The notes under the pieces are model-generated. The model saw nothing but the letters and a program-made list of their open reading frames with translations, was not told the DNA's origin and ran no database searches. Shown in pieces: positions 34,830-48,025 of a stretch of 64,000 nucleotides of DNA. The stretch covers positions 318,432,001 through 318,496,000 of the forward strand of contig NC_091979.1 in NCBI RefSeq assembly GCF_044704955.1, written 5' to 3'. How positions within the stretch are numbered: position 1 is the first letter of the stretch; each line of letters opens with the position of its first letter. This DNA comes from Pristiophorus japonicus (Eukaryota). The translations under genes were made by a program, and so were the position numbers.

Positions 34830-37210
34830 AGGCTGGGAGCCAATGTATATCAGTGAGCAAAGGGGTGATGGGTGAATGGGACGGTGTGAGTTAGGATACG
34901 GGCAGCAGAATTTTGTAAGAATTCAAGTTCATGGAGAATGGCAGATGGGAGGCCGGCCGGGAGAGCATTGGAATAGTCAAGGCCAGAGGTAACAAAGGCA
35001 TGGATGAGGGTTCCAGCAGCAGCTGAGCTGAGGCAGGAGTACAGTTGTGTGATGTTACTGAGGTGGAAGTTAGCAGACTTGCTGATGGAGCTGACATGTG
35101 GTCGGAAGCTCATCTCGGTGTCAAATGTGACACCAAGGTTGCGAGTGGACTGGTTCAGCCTCAGACAGTTGCCAGGGAGAGGGATGGAGTCAGTGGCTTG
35201 GGAACGGAGTTTGTGGTGAAGATTCCCAATATTTAGTTGGAAGAAATTTCTGCTCATCCAGTACTGAGTTTTGGATAACCAGTGTGACCAATTAGAAACT
35301 GTGAATGGGTCGGGAGAGGTGGTAGTGAGGTAGAGCTGGGTGTTGTCAGCACAGATATGGAACCTGATGCTGTGTTGTGGGATGATTTCACCGATGGGCA
35401 GCATGATGTAGAGTAAAGGAGGGGGCCAGGGCTAGATCCTTGGGGAGTCCAGAGGTAATGCTGTGGTAGTGGGAAGAGAATCCATTGCAGATGATTGTCT
35501 GACTATGATTGGATAGAGAAGAATGGAACCAGGAGAGTGCAGACCCACCCAGCTGGAGGAGGGAGGAGAGGTGTTGCAAGTGATGTTGTGGTCAACCGTG
35601 TCAAAGGCTGTAGACAGGTTGAGAACAATGAAGAGGGTTAGGTTAACACAGTCACAGACACATAGAATGTCATTTGTGACTTTGATAAGGTTCGAATCAG
35701 TACTGGAGGAAAACTGATTGTAGGGTTTCAAACATGGATCTGCGGGAATGATCAGCATGGATTTGGGAGGCGATGGCACATTCAAGGACATTGGAGAGGA
35801 AAGGATTTTGGAGATGGGTCAGTGGGTTGCAGGGACAGAGGTGTTAGGAATGATTTTTTTTGAGGAGAAGGATGATGAAAGCAGATGTGAAGGGCTGGGG
35901 GACAGTACTTGAGGAGATTTAACAATATCTGCTGTTATGGGGGCCAGGAAGGGAAGTTGGGCGGTTATCAATTTGGTAACAATAGGGTTCGAGTGAGCAG
36001 GAGGTGGGTCGAATAGACAAGGGGAGCTTGGAGTGGGCATGAGGTGAGATTGGGGAGAAATGGAGAAATATGCAAGTTCAGGGCTAGAGCAGAGGGAAAC
36101 CATAGGTGAAGTTTGACCTGGTGGGCTCGGTGAAAAGACGGAAGCAGGTGATGCGGCTGAACGGATGGTCTCAATGTTTGTGACCAAAAAATCTATGACC
36201 TCCTCACACTTGTTTTTGGAGATGAGGGTGGAAGAGGCAGGAAGAGGGATTTGGGAAGACTGTGTGTCAATAGAATAGAAGCCAGGGGCTTTCAATGCCT
36301 TCCAGAAAGATCGTGGAAAGGTGAGCATTTTTGGCAGAGGAGCGCAGGGCCCGATAATACTTTATATGCTGCAGTCAGAGCTGGCAATGAATAGCGAAAC
36401 CATTTGTTTACCATAAAAATTCATGTCTGCATCCCTTGGGCTTGAGGGAGCAGTGATGAGGGCCGTACCAGGGAGAAGAACCAGAGTGAAAGAGATTAAT
36501 GGTTTAAATGGGGACAAGAGCATCAGAGGTGGAGGTGAGGGAGTGATTGAGCAGATCAGTAAATGAAGAAATGTTGTGATCAATGGAGGGACAAATGCGA
36601 GGCAGTTGAGAATTTGAAAGTGCAGTGTTAAGTGACTTGGGGAGAGTTTTTTTTACAGTGGCAGACACAGAACGAAGTGAAGTTGTGAGGGGAAAGGGGG
36701 ATGTGTGTTGTGAGCAATACTAGGAAGTGATCAGAGATGGCCTTATCTGTGATTGACACGGGGGGAACAGCGAGGCCAAGTGAGGAGGCAAGGTCGAGGG
36801 GATGGCCATGAATATGGGTAGGGGAGTTTATATGAAGGGAAAGATTAAGTGAGGATATGAGGGTAATGAACTCAGAGGTGAGAGAGAATGTTGATTTAAG
36901 ATGGAGGTTGAAATCACCGAAGATGAGAAATCAGTTGGTGCAGAGACTAATGGAGGAAAGCAGTGAAGATATCTCGGTGGAAATTTGGCTCTGTATTTGG
37001 CTGGGCATTAGAGAATGAGGATTTTAAATTTGAGAGAGGTAGAACAAAGTGGGATGGTCAAAGGGAGAGAAGATGCCAGAGAAGTACAGAGAACTACCTC
37101 GGTGTGATTTGGTGATAAATATCACACCGCCACAGCGGCCGTTTGGGTGAGGCCAGTGGTGAAAGGTATAGCCTGGTGGGAAAGATTCACTTGGGGGAAG
37201 GCACCTTCAA
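34830..37210 (-). mobile_element. Old L2-clade LINE ORF2 remnant (copy 2, duplicated)
   Basis: Same motifs at +3159. Confidence 0.8.
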
Positions 37211-39888
37211 CCATCAGCCAGGTTTCTGTCAAGACCCTGATGTCGCAGCAATCATCCACAGGGTTAGCTTTGGGAGGGGTGAGTGGGACGGGATGGAGAT
37301 TGGAAAGGTTAATGCCCAGCTCTCACACTGAGTAGTAAGCTCAGCGAAGAACAGCATGAGGCAGTTTGAGTTGTTGCTCATAAGGAGAGAATGCTGAGTG
37401 TCTTGTTAGGCTCTCCGGAGAGTGCCAAGCGAGGCACAGGGGGCAGCTGTAAGCTTATCTAAGATGCAGTCAAACCTGTGAGGGCAGCATGAGTGCAGGA
37501 AGGTGGAGGTGAGCTGTCAGATTGGAGTAGGGAATTGGGAGGGCCGAGTACCCGAGAGGGGAGAAATGATAGGAGACACGTCGACAGAAGTGAGGGATAA
37601 ATGAAGGGTAAAGAGAAATAAAATAAAGTGTCAGTGAAAAGCACAAGTAGAAGTGATGGGCTCGGGTCCGGAGAGGCAGACAAAATGCTCACGAGAATGG
37701 ACACAGGGAAACTCAAGTTCCATCGGCCTGGTTACATAGCAATTACCCCACTCCATTTTAACTGCCTGCCTGTCGGTTTTCGCCAGGCGGGGGGGAGGAG
37801 TTAAAATCGGGACCACAAAGTCAGTTACAAAAGGGGAACAGAGCTGGCAACTGAATTCCTGTGTATGTTATTCTATTATCCAGATTATTTGTTTCCTGAT
37901 TGTGAAACTAGAAGCTTAACCTCTTAAACAAAACTGTTTTGCAATCTGCCTTCTCACCAAATGAGAATTTAAAGATTGAGGCGTTGCCAGACTGGGAGCC
38001 AATGTATGTCAGTGAGCAAAGGGGTGATGGGTGAATGGGACGGTGTGAGTTGGGGTACGGGCAACAGAGTTTTGGATGAATTCAAGTTCATGGAGGGTGG
38101 CAAATGGGCCAAGTGAGCTGGCAAGATCGAGTGGGTGGCCGTGAATATGGGTTGTGGAGTTTATATGGAGGGAGAGGTTAAGGGAGGATAGGAGGGCAGT
38201 GAAGTCAGAGGTGAGAGAGAAAGCTGAGTTGGGACGTACTTGAAATCACCAAAGATGAGAAGTCAGTCGGTGAAGAGGTTGTGAAGATATCTGAGTGGAA
38301 ATTACTTGGTATTTGGCTGGGCGATGGAGAATGAGGAATTACATGAGATGACAGAGATGTGGAACAAGATGAGCTGTTCAAAGGAGGAGGTGTCAGAGGA
38401 GTATGGCGAGAGATCATGGTGTGATTTGGTGATGAATGTCTCCTGGCTCCCTGTGGAAACAACACCTCTCTCCTCGAGTTGACCCCCTACACCAAGGCCT
38501 CCAGTGCTGTATCCGAGAAACTTGCCACACGCTCTCTTCGCTGTTGTGACATGATTTTTCTTTTCTCCTCCTCTCACTGTCTTCCCCAGCCAGTTCAATG
38601 AGCTGCTGCAGACAGAATGCACCTCCCCTTTCAGAAATGTAGACTGCCTTTAAGTAGTGCAGGCTAGCTTTATGTGGTACTAGCCTCGCACGACCTTGGG
38701 TCCCGTGCTGAGCATTCAGCCACTCAGCAACACGTTCGACACTGGGCTGAATGCCATAACCATGGAAATGAGCAGGCAGTATGAAGTTCGTGTGTTGCTT
38801 GCATTCCCCACAACTGGCGTGTGTTGATCGCACATCGCGATCCCCGCGCCCGTTTTCGGGGGCTAACGAATTTCTAGGCCTTTATATTTTTAAAGTTTAT
38901 TTTTTGCAAATTAATAACTCCAGATTGGTAGAATTAAAATGGTGACTATAGAATTAACAGTCGACTCACACATCCACCACTGAGTGAGAAACAAGGGTCT
39001 GGATTTACTTCAGTTACACCACCCAAAAATGGGGAAGGATGAAAATGGGGTGCGGAAGCCGACCGCCAGAACCTCACTCCTCAGAGCACCACCAGAAAGT
39101 CCCCCCATACCCCATTTGATATGTTGGTGGGGTGAGGGGGGCAGGGAGTGGGAAACGGGCCACCAGGTGAGGGCCGGCAATACAACAACAACTTGTATTG
39201 CTATCTAGATATATTTATAATACAGGCTGGGGAAGTAGCAGAACGCCCTTATGGACAGAGAAGGCCCAACAGTGGGCACCTCTCCCTCGCTTCTGTCCCC
39301 AGTCACTCAGTTTGTACAAATGCTGCTCATTCTGAAGCGGTAAGTAAAATTGCGCTGCTAATCTTTGGGGTGTTTCTGCCCCCGTTAATGGTGGATGTTC
39401 CTCTCTCTGGTGTTGCTGTGCGATGCCACCATTCCCTGGCTATCAGTGGTGGCTCCTTGAAGTGTAACGGAGATCCCGCTGGGAGCCTGCCCTGCGGCTC
39501 TAATGAGCCTCAACCCAGGAAAATGGGTCGGTTGACGTGGGTCAGAGTGTTCGGTGGAAGCCCCGCTTGACCCACCTCTGACACAAACCCTTCCTGGAGG
39601 AAAACCCAGCTCAGGAAGATATAATGGTATTTCAAAGCTATCATGAAAAAAGCTGCTGGGATGGTTGAAGTAGTGTTGCCAACTCTGGTTGGACATATTC
39701 CTGGATGTTTTATCACATGACCTCCCACCTCCAATAGCCCCACCCTGAGCTCCCATCAGTGATTACCGGACTCGCACATCCTCACACATTCCCCCACCAA
39801 TAGGAAAGGGAACAGACTCCAGAACCTGATTGGATGATTTTTTATTGTGAGACAGCAGCCTTTTTCCCCACCTCCAATATTTATATTC

Positions 39889-40880
39889 CAGGTACAACGT
39901 CCAGAATCCAGAATTCCCAAAACCAGAATTGTCCGAAAATTGGACAGTTTTGAAGCGGCCAAGGTGGCAACGGAGGGCAGTGCCGGGGGGCCACGGCCAG
40001 TGAGAATCGGCGGCCAGCGAGGAGCGGGGGATCGGCCGGTGGCGAGGAGCGGGGGATCGGCCGGCGGTGAGGAGCGGAGGATCGGCCGGCGGTGAGGAGC
40101 GGAGAATCGGCGGCCAGCGAGGAGCGGGGGATCGGCCGGCGGTGAGGAGCGGAGGATCGGCCGGTGGTGAGGAGCGGAGGATCGGCCGGTGGCGAGGAGC
40201 GGAGGATCGGCCGGCGGTGAGGAGCGGAGGATCGGCCGGTGGTGAGGAGCGGAGGATCGGCCGGTGGCGAGGAGCGGAGGATCGGCCGGCGGTGAGGAGC
40301 GGAGGATCGGCCGGCGGTGAGGAGCGGAGAATCGGCGGCCAGCGAGGAGCGGAGGATTGGCCGGTGGTGAGGAGCGGGGGATTGGCCGGCGGTGAGGAGC
40401 GGAGGATCGGCTGGCGGTGAGGAGCGGAGGATTGGCCGGCGGTGAGGAGCGGGGGATTGGCCGGCGGTGAGGAGCGGGGGATCGGCCGGCGGTGAGGAGC
40501 GGAGGATTGGCCGGCGGTGAGGAGCGGGGGATTGGCCGGCGATGAGGAGCGGAGGATTGGCCGGCGATGAGGAGCGGAGGATTGGCCGGTGGCGAGGAGT
40601 GGAGGATTGGCCGGCGGTGAGGAGTGGAGGATTGGCCGGCGGTGAGGAGTGGAGGATTGGCCGGCGGTGAGGAGCGGAGGATTGGCCGGCGGTGAGGAGC
40701 GGTGGATCGGCCGGCGGTGAGGAGTGGAGGATCGGCCGATGGCGAGGAGTGGAGGATTGGCCGGCGGTGAGGAGCGGAGGATTGGCCGGCGGTGAGGAGT
40801 GGAGGATTGGCCGATGGCGAGGAGCGGAGGATTGGCCGATGGCGAGGAGCGCCAACAGCGGATTTCAGACGTTGTACCTG
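39889..40880. mobile_element. Tc1/mariner-pogo-like MITE
   Basis: TIRs CAGGTACAACGTC (39889) and GACGTTGTACCTG (ends 40880). TA follows the right end; the left flank is TC. Confidence 0.75.
40000..40850 (+). repeat. 25-bp GC-rich minisatellite (GGCGGTGAGGAGCGGAGGATYGGCC), ~34 copies, inside the MITE
   Basis: Direct reading; period 25 (40621 and 40646). Confidence 0.93.
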
Positions 40881-41239
40881 TACTAATAAACAAAAGGATT
40901 CAAAGAAAATGTTAAAAACACACCATTTATTTCATGTCCCCGTGAATCTTCTCCCTAGTTGCTCACAGCAGTGTGCTGGAGATTAACCTTCAATACAGAC
41001 AGACTCCAGGGCAATCTGTTTGACTGATGTGGCTGTCATGGTTGAATAGCTAGCAGTATGTGCAAGCTGTGAGATGTGAGTGTGAGGCTTGCGGCAGTGT
41101 GAAGTATGTGAGGGTGAGGTGAAGCTATGTCAGGTATGAAGCCTGACTGAGAGAGATTGTTGGGAGGTGAGTGATGGGGATGTGGTGAATTGAGCAGTGG
41201 GTGTGGCTCCTGTTGCAGTTGGGAAGACATGGCATTTGA

Positions 41240-41695
41240 GGTTGCATTCACTGACCTTGACCACTCATGTGAGGTCACTGAACTTCTTGCGGCACTGTAT
41301 GCAGGTCCTCGGGGCTTGACTCCGGGCACTGACCACCACGGCTATCTGCTTCCACTTCCTTTTGACCGTGTGTCTGGAGGGCTGCCTTCCCCCCTGTGGA
41401 TTCAGGACATCGCGCCTCCTTTCCACATCCTCCATCAAGGCCTTCAGTGCAACGTCCCAATAACTTGGAGCCCACTAGCTCCCCTGTTGTGCCTTTCCTC
41501 ACTCTTTCCCAGGTCAGAATCTCTTCAACCACGACCCCCAGCACCTGCTCCAGCCACAATGCAGCACCCCTTTAAGAGGTGCCGGTTGGCGCAGCACCAA
41601 GTTGGCGTGCTGCCTGCATTTCAATCAACGGGCGTGGGTTAATCATGCTTCACGATCCCTGAGCCCGTCTTCAGGGCTATCCAGTTTAGCCCCTC
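41240..41695 (-). mobile_element. Harbinger Myb/SANT exon remnant and terminus
   Basis: Minus strand reads DVALKALMEDVERRRDVL...RTCIQCRKKFSDL, followed by a GTCAGT donor. Confidence 0.65.
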
Positions 41696-43283
41696 AGGTG
41701 ACTGTGTATCATCTCCAATACCTTAAGTTCAGTTTCCAGCATTGCACGGACCTGAGAAAACCTCCACAGAAAGGCTGTTTCTGGTGCTGTTTCAAGGAGG
41801 TGATTTTCCATTCGGTGTAAATATGGTGTGAGGCATCTGCACCTCTCCCAATGTTAGGTTCTTCCACTGTCCAATTCCACGGAACTTTCCCAACCATTCC
41901 TCCCTAACCTTTCTCTAATAGCATTATGGCTACAGCTAACAGTGTAAGGGCCATGTGTCACTCCACAATCAACAGCTGTTCAGTTTACTGCCTGTGTTAA
42001 AGGCTGGTCTGAATGTTCCTTACAGAGCTGGTACAGTTCACTATCACAAAGTATGGACTATGAGTGACACTTACTGTCAGCATTAGCGCAGATCAATGAC
42101 ACAAATAAAATCGTAACTACAGTTTATTTTTATTGGTTATTTTAACACTCAGTCTCTGATATTACAGCAAATTAACATTTCTGCTGGGAAAAGCTATCTC
42201 TGCAACTATAAAGCTTTATTATTTTTTAACCATTTTAATCTATTACTTTATCATTTATCCATAAGTCACGCGGTAGAAATTAACCGCTTCCATTGAAGAG
42301 GCTGGAAATCAGGGAGCTGTGGGCGGCTCATTTCCCGGAGAGAGAGAACATAATCTTTATTCAGGCGTGATACCGACCATCCCGGACAAAGCGGGGAAAT
42401 CGGTGGGGACTGTACTCACAAATACTGAAGCAAAAGGCTGCTTCGAATAAAAATATTAACAGTATATATTAAATAAGGTAAGTCGGATGAGTATGCTGCC
42501 AAACTTGTTCATTGATCAGAGAGCATCACAGCATCTTTCAAACACTGGGGTAGAGTCTCTGCTAATTTGTGATAGTTTTATCAGCACAATCCAGTGAAAA
42601 CTGCTCAACCAGCGCAAAAGATCACGGGAACTCGAGCATGATTTACATCAAGTGTAAATCAAGTATTCCGTCATCTTTAACACTGGTTTAAAAATCTACA
42701 AAACTGGCCCGGCCCACAGATAGAAATAACGAGGATGGCGAGTTTCCACCGATTGCACCCGTTCGAGGAAGGTTTTCAAATTAAACTAATTGCCTTAGGC
42801 ACCAGGCACTAGTCGGCATGATTTAAAAGTTTTACATATTAAACATACTTTATTGACTTACAAACTGACTAGTGTATAACAATAAAACTAATAAATGGCT
42901 CAGTATAGTTTTCTTTTCAGACATTTCAGTTATCTTAAATCAGGTTTCCCACAGGTGAAAGGCTGGGCACTTCTATTAAAAATGCTTATTTTTTTGTCAT
43001 AATCAAACTCCAAGGCCTTTTCAAAGCATTCAATAGCTTCGCACTTCTCCCCATCCAGCTGGTGTAGTAACCCAGGAACACCAAAGGCCTTGCTGTCTCT
43101 GGGATTCCTGTCAATTTGTTTTGATACAATCTTTCTCAAATTTTCGTGACACAATTGCCAACCTTTTGTGCCTTGTTCAATTGTAAATCCTTCCAGAAAA
43201 TGGATGATAGCATTTGATTCAGATTCTTTCTAGTGCAGTTCAAAAAACCCAATCTGCAAAGACACTGCCTGCTGTTTATCAGG

Positions 43284-44378
43284 ACATAATAACATAAGAA
43301 CATAAGAAATAGGAGCAGGAGTAGGCCACCTGGCCCCATGAACCTGCTCCGCCATTTAATATTAAGGCTGATCTGATAATGGACTCAGCTCCACATCCCT
43401 GACCACTCCCCATAACTCCTTGTTCCCTTATCGCTCAAAAATCTGTCTATCTCCACCTTAAATATATTCAATGACCCAGCCTCCACAGTGCTCTGGGGCA
43501 GAGAATTCCATAGATTTACAACCCTCTGAGAGAAGAAATTCCTCCTCAACTCAGTTTTAAATGGGTGGCCCCTTATTCTGAGACTATGTGCCCTAGTTTT
43601 AGTTTCCCCTATGAGTGGAAATATCCTCACTGCATCCACCTTGTCAAGCCCCCTAATTATCTTATATGTTTCGATAAGATACCTCTCATTCTTCTGAACT
43701 CCAATGAGTATTGGCCCAACTTACTCAACCTACCTCCATAAGTCAACCCCCTCAACTGCGGAATCAACCAAATGAACCTTCTCTGAACAGCCTCCAATGC
43801 AAGTATATCCTTCCTTAAATATGGAAGCCAAAATTGTACGCAGTACTCGATAGGTTGGCCTCACCAATATCCTGTACAGTTGTAGCAGGACTTTGCTGCT
43901 TTTATACTCTATCCCCCTTGCAATAAAGGCCAACATTCCATTTGCCTTCCTGATTACTTGCATACTAACTTTTTGTGTTTCATGCACAAGGACCCCCAGT
44001 TCCCTCTGTACAGCAGCACTTTGCAATTTTTTTTCATTTAAATTATAATTTGCTTTTCTATTTTTTCTGCCAAAGTGGATAACCTCACATTTTCCCACAT
44101 TATACTATATCTGCCAAATGTTTGCCTGTCTATATCGCTTTGCAGATTTTTTGTGTCCTCACTATTTGCTTTCCTGGCCATCTTTGTATCATCAGCAAAC
44201 TTGGCTACATTACACTTGGTCCCTTCATCCAAGTCGTTAATATAGATTGTAAATAGTTGAGGCCACAGCAACGATCCCTGCGGCACCCCACTCGTCACTG
44301 TTTGCCAACCAGAAAATGACCCATTTATCCCAACTCTCTGTTTTTGTTCGTCAGCCAATCCTCTATCCATGCCAACAT
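43284..44378 (-). mobile_element. 5'-truncated CR1 inside IFIT, tail to the left
   Basis: Tail (CATAAGAA)n at 43284-43310; GVPQG, FADD and QRVVNLWN on the minus strand. Confidence 0.9.
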
Positions 44379-45788
44379 GCTAGTTGGATCCAAAATTGGT
44401 TCAGAGGTAAGAAGCAAAGGGTAATGGTTGATGGATGTTTTTGTGACTGGAAGGATGTTTCCAGTGGAGTCCGCAGGGCTCAGTACTGGGTCCCTTGCTT
44501 TTTGTGGTATACATCAATGATCTAGATTTGATTATAGGGAGTATGATTAAGAAGTTTGCAGATGACACTAAAATTGGCTGTGTGGTCGTTAATGAAGCAG
44601 AAAGTCATGGGCTGCAGGAGGATATCAATCTACTGGTCAGGTGAGCAGAGCAGTGGCAAATGGAATTTAATTTGGAGAAGTGTGAGGTAATGCACTTTGA
44701 GAGGGCTAATAAGGAAAGGATATACACATTAAGCGGTAGACCATGGAAAAGATGAATAAAGGGATCTTGGAGTGCTTGTCCACAGATCCCTGAAAGTAAG
44801 GTGGATAAGGTGGTGAAGAAGGCATACGGAATGGTTGCCTTTCTTGGCTGAGGCACATAATACAAGAGCAGGGAGGTTATGCTTAAAATGTATAATACTT
44901 TGGTTAGGCCACAGCTGGAGTACTGCGTGCAGTTCTGGTCGCCGTATTATAGGAAGGATGTGATTGCAATAGAGAGGGTGCAGAGGAGATTTGCTAGGAT
45001 GCTGCCTGGAATGGAGAAACTTAGCTATGCGGATAGATTGGATAGGCTGGGTTTGTTCTCATTGGAACAGAGGAGGTTGAGAGGAGACCTCATTGAGGTG
45101 TACAAACTTTTGAGGGGCCTGGATATAGTGGATAGCAAGGGCCTATTTCCCTTGGTGGTGGGTTCAATTATGAGGGGGCATAGTTTTAAGGTGGTTGGTG
45201 GAAGGTTCAGAGGGGATTTGAGGGGTGGCTTTTTCAAGCAGAGGGTTGTGGGGGTCTGGAACTTAGTGCCTGGAAGGGTGGTGGATGTAGAAACCCTCAA
45301 CGCATTTAAAAGGTGCTTGGATGTGCACTTAAAGTGCCGCAATCTGCAGGGTTACACGGACCTAAAGCTGGTAAGTGGGATTAGACTGGATAACCTGTTG
45401 GCAGGCACAGCTATGATGGTAAGTACTGCAGGGAATCGAATATATCCAGGGTGATCTCCTGGACGAGTTTCGATTACTTGGATGGGTTGGAGAGGAATGT
45501 TCCGAGATATTTTTTCCCCAATTGACCTGGGTTTTTATCTGTTTTTTGCCTTTCCCAGGAGATCACATGGCTCCGGTTGGGGAGGAGTGTAGAATGTTTC
45601 GGTGCAAGGGGTGTCGCATTTGTGTGGGGCTGACTGGTTGGGCTGGGTGCTCTTTACCTTTCTGCCATTGTTCATTGATCATACGTTTATATGTAACTTT
45701 CAGGGCTGCTGACTGAGGGCCGTATGTTTCTTTGTCGGCCGGTGTGGACACGATGGGCCGAAATGGCCTCCTTCTGCGTTGTAGATTT
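44379..45788 (+). mobile_element. 5'-truncated CR1 of a different family inside IFIT, tail to the right
   Basis: WIQNW..KQRV, FADD, RPQLEYCVQFWSP and RRLRGDLIE; 3' end GATGGGCCGAAATGGCCTCCTTCTG. Confidence 0.88.
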
Positions 45789-47079
45789 GCAATTGTGCAA
45801 AAATAAATGATGGCTTCTGCTCAAATGCCTTTTCAAAATAGTACTTGCATTGATTGATCAACTCAGCTTTGAAAAGCAGGATTGCGAGGGGCTTTGCTGC
45901 CTGGATTTTTGTTCAGTTCAAATAGTTTTTTTCTGTAACACTGACCTATTTGGTGGTGTATGAAGGTAGAGTTTGGGGTAATTTCTAATGCTTTCTTCAA
46001 CAGCTCCACAGCTTTTTCCACATCTCCTCTTCTGTAAAATTTTGCTGCATAACGAGTTACATATGGAAGATCAGGGGACTTCTGCAATGCTTGTTCAACT
46101 AATTCGTGTTCTTCCACCTTTTGATTGAACTCTTGTAGTTTTAGAGCCAACATCACCATGGCTACAGAGTCATCTGGATCAAGTCCCCACACGTCGCAAC
46201 TGCTTCACTGATTGGCTGCGGTCACCACTCTCTGGGGTACGAGAAAACGTGTCCACACGAAACAGAACAGTCGCATAGCCAACGTTCCATTCAGTGTCAT
46301 CAGGATCATCCTCCAGAGTCTTCTCAAAACATTCCTTTGCCTCTTCATAGTATTGACTAGGAGAATTCAACAGTGACCAACCCTTCTCCCCGTATACTTC
46401 TGGTCTCAGTGCTGTATACCGAGTAAATTGTTTACAGATCATCTCCAGCTTGTCGAGGTAGGACTGGGCCTCTGTCAGTTGGCCCATGTGATAATATACC
46501 CAGGCATAGTTTCCATAGGTGATGATGCTTCTTCTTTCAAATTCATGTTCATGATTCTCCCTCAGAATCTTTTCAGCTTCCTTTAAGTTTTGAATTGCCC
46601 CTTTGAATTGCCTTGCAGACAGTTTACAAATGCGAGGTGGTTGTCAGACCTGGCCTGATAATTCACACCAGCCTGTATTAAATCTTGTAATCTATACTTC
46701 ATGTCGTCCAAGTCAATGCTGTCTCTCTGTGGGCCCCACGTGAAGTGACATTGAAGCTGGCTGAGTTTTGCTTTCAAGCAATCATTCAGTGTGTTGCTGT
46801 TGGAGAACAAAATAATCAAAGCCCATCTTATGTGTATCTAACTTACATTTTTAGCTCATATATAATCAACATAGCAATGCTGGTAAAGTCAGAATAGCAG
46901 AACAGATGAGCAGCTCAGTGCACATGGGCCCAGAACACTTCCCGACAGCCTCACTGCCTGGCATCCCTCAGTTCGGGGGAAACCCATTGGAATCCTGTAA
47001 TGGTCCCGGAGGCAATAACAAATGAACAATTGGCTCATGAGTGTCAGCAGAAATCCATGATCATCCATTAGTCTGATCA

Positions 47080-47440
47080 TAGGTAGGAACATAGGAACAT
47101 GTTCCACCATTCAATTTATCATGGCTGAACTGTATCACAACTCCATCTACCCACCCTGGTTCTGTAACCCTTAATACCCTTGCCTAACAAAATTCTATCA
47201 TCTCAGTTTTGACATTTTTAATTGGCCTAACCTCGACAGCTTATTAGGGGAGAGAGTTCCAGATTTCCACTACCCTTTGTGTGAAGAAGAGCTGTCTGAC
47301 ATCACCCCTGAATGGCTGAGCTCAAATTTCACTTTCATGCCCCCTTGTTCTGGCCTCCCCCACCAGAGGAAATCGTTTCTCTCGATCGACCCGGTCAAAT
47401 CCTTTAATCATATCAAACATCTCAATTAGATCATCCCTTA
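47080..47440 (-). mobile_element. Old CR1 3' end remnant
   Basis: CATAGGAACATAGGAACAT tail-like sequence and CCCTTAATACCC...TTCCAGATTTCCACTACCCTTTGTGTGAAGAA, resembling the other CR1 3' ends in the window. Confidence 0.65.
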
Positions 47441-47455
47441 ACACTGGGGAAAGCG

Positions 47456-47868
47456 GGCTCGGGGAATGGGAGACTGGGGAATGGGGGCTCGGGGAGAGGG
47501 TGACTGGGAAATGGGGACTCGGGGAGAGGGAAACTGGGGAATGGGGGCTCGGGGAGAGGGAGACTGGGGAATGGGGGCTCGGGGAGAGGGAGACTGGGGA
47601 ATGGGAGCTCGGGGAGAGGGAGACTGGGGAATGGGGGCTCGGGGAAAGGGAGACTGAGGAATGGGGGCTCGGGGAGAGGGAGACTGGGGAATGGGGGCTC
47701 GGGGAGAGGGAGATTGGGGAATGGGGGCTCGGGGAGAGGGAGACTGGGGAATGGGGGCTCGGGGAGAGGGAGACTGGGGAATGGGGGCTCGGGGAGAGGG
47801 AGACTGGGGAATGGGGGCTCGGGGAGAGGGGGAATGGGGGCTCGGGAGAGGGAGACTGGGGAATGGGT
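47456..47868 (+). repeat. 30-bp G-rich minisatellite (GGGGAGAGGGAGACTGGGGAATGGGGGCTC), ~14 copies
   Basis: Direct reading; four G-tracts per unit. Confidence 0.95.
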
Positions 47869-48025
47869 CAGGGGGGATCATGGTGAGGCCAGGCGGGAGG
47901 TAGAAGAGGCCAGGTTGAGTGTAATTTATTCTGTGGTGGCCTGGAGGAGCTGGACTGATCCCTGGGCTCCAGACAAGGTCACTGGGCCTCTCCAGCCCTG
48001 GCCTTCTCTCACACACCACAGCAAC

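Larger units (their letters stand above)
31153..37975. repeat. Tandem segmental duplication, period 3159 bp (two near-identical copies plus a more diverged partial third)
   Basis: ORF pairs are offset by exactly 3159 (31691/34850, 32660/35819, 33984/37143, 34300/37459). Confidence 0.95.
42930..46796 (-). pseudogene. IFIT: IFIT-family (interferon-induced TPR protein) main coding exon, pseudogenised and split by CR1 insertions (IFIT parts ~45790-46796 and ~42930-43286)
   Basis: Acceptor TTTTGTTCTCCAACAG in phase 2, then LSQLQCHFTW, TYGNYAWVYYHMG, YGEKGWSLL, AKECFEK, YAAKFYR, HHQIGQCYR. Past the insertions: SESNAIIHF, LRKIV, AIECFEKALE. Frameshifts or stops near 46590, 46185, 45865 and 43230. 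Exon 1 not found. Confidence 0.9.

Noticed and set aside
39763-40893. Pro/Arg-rich ORFs (376, 324 aa)
   Set aside because: Translation of the 25-bp GC-rich minisatellite.
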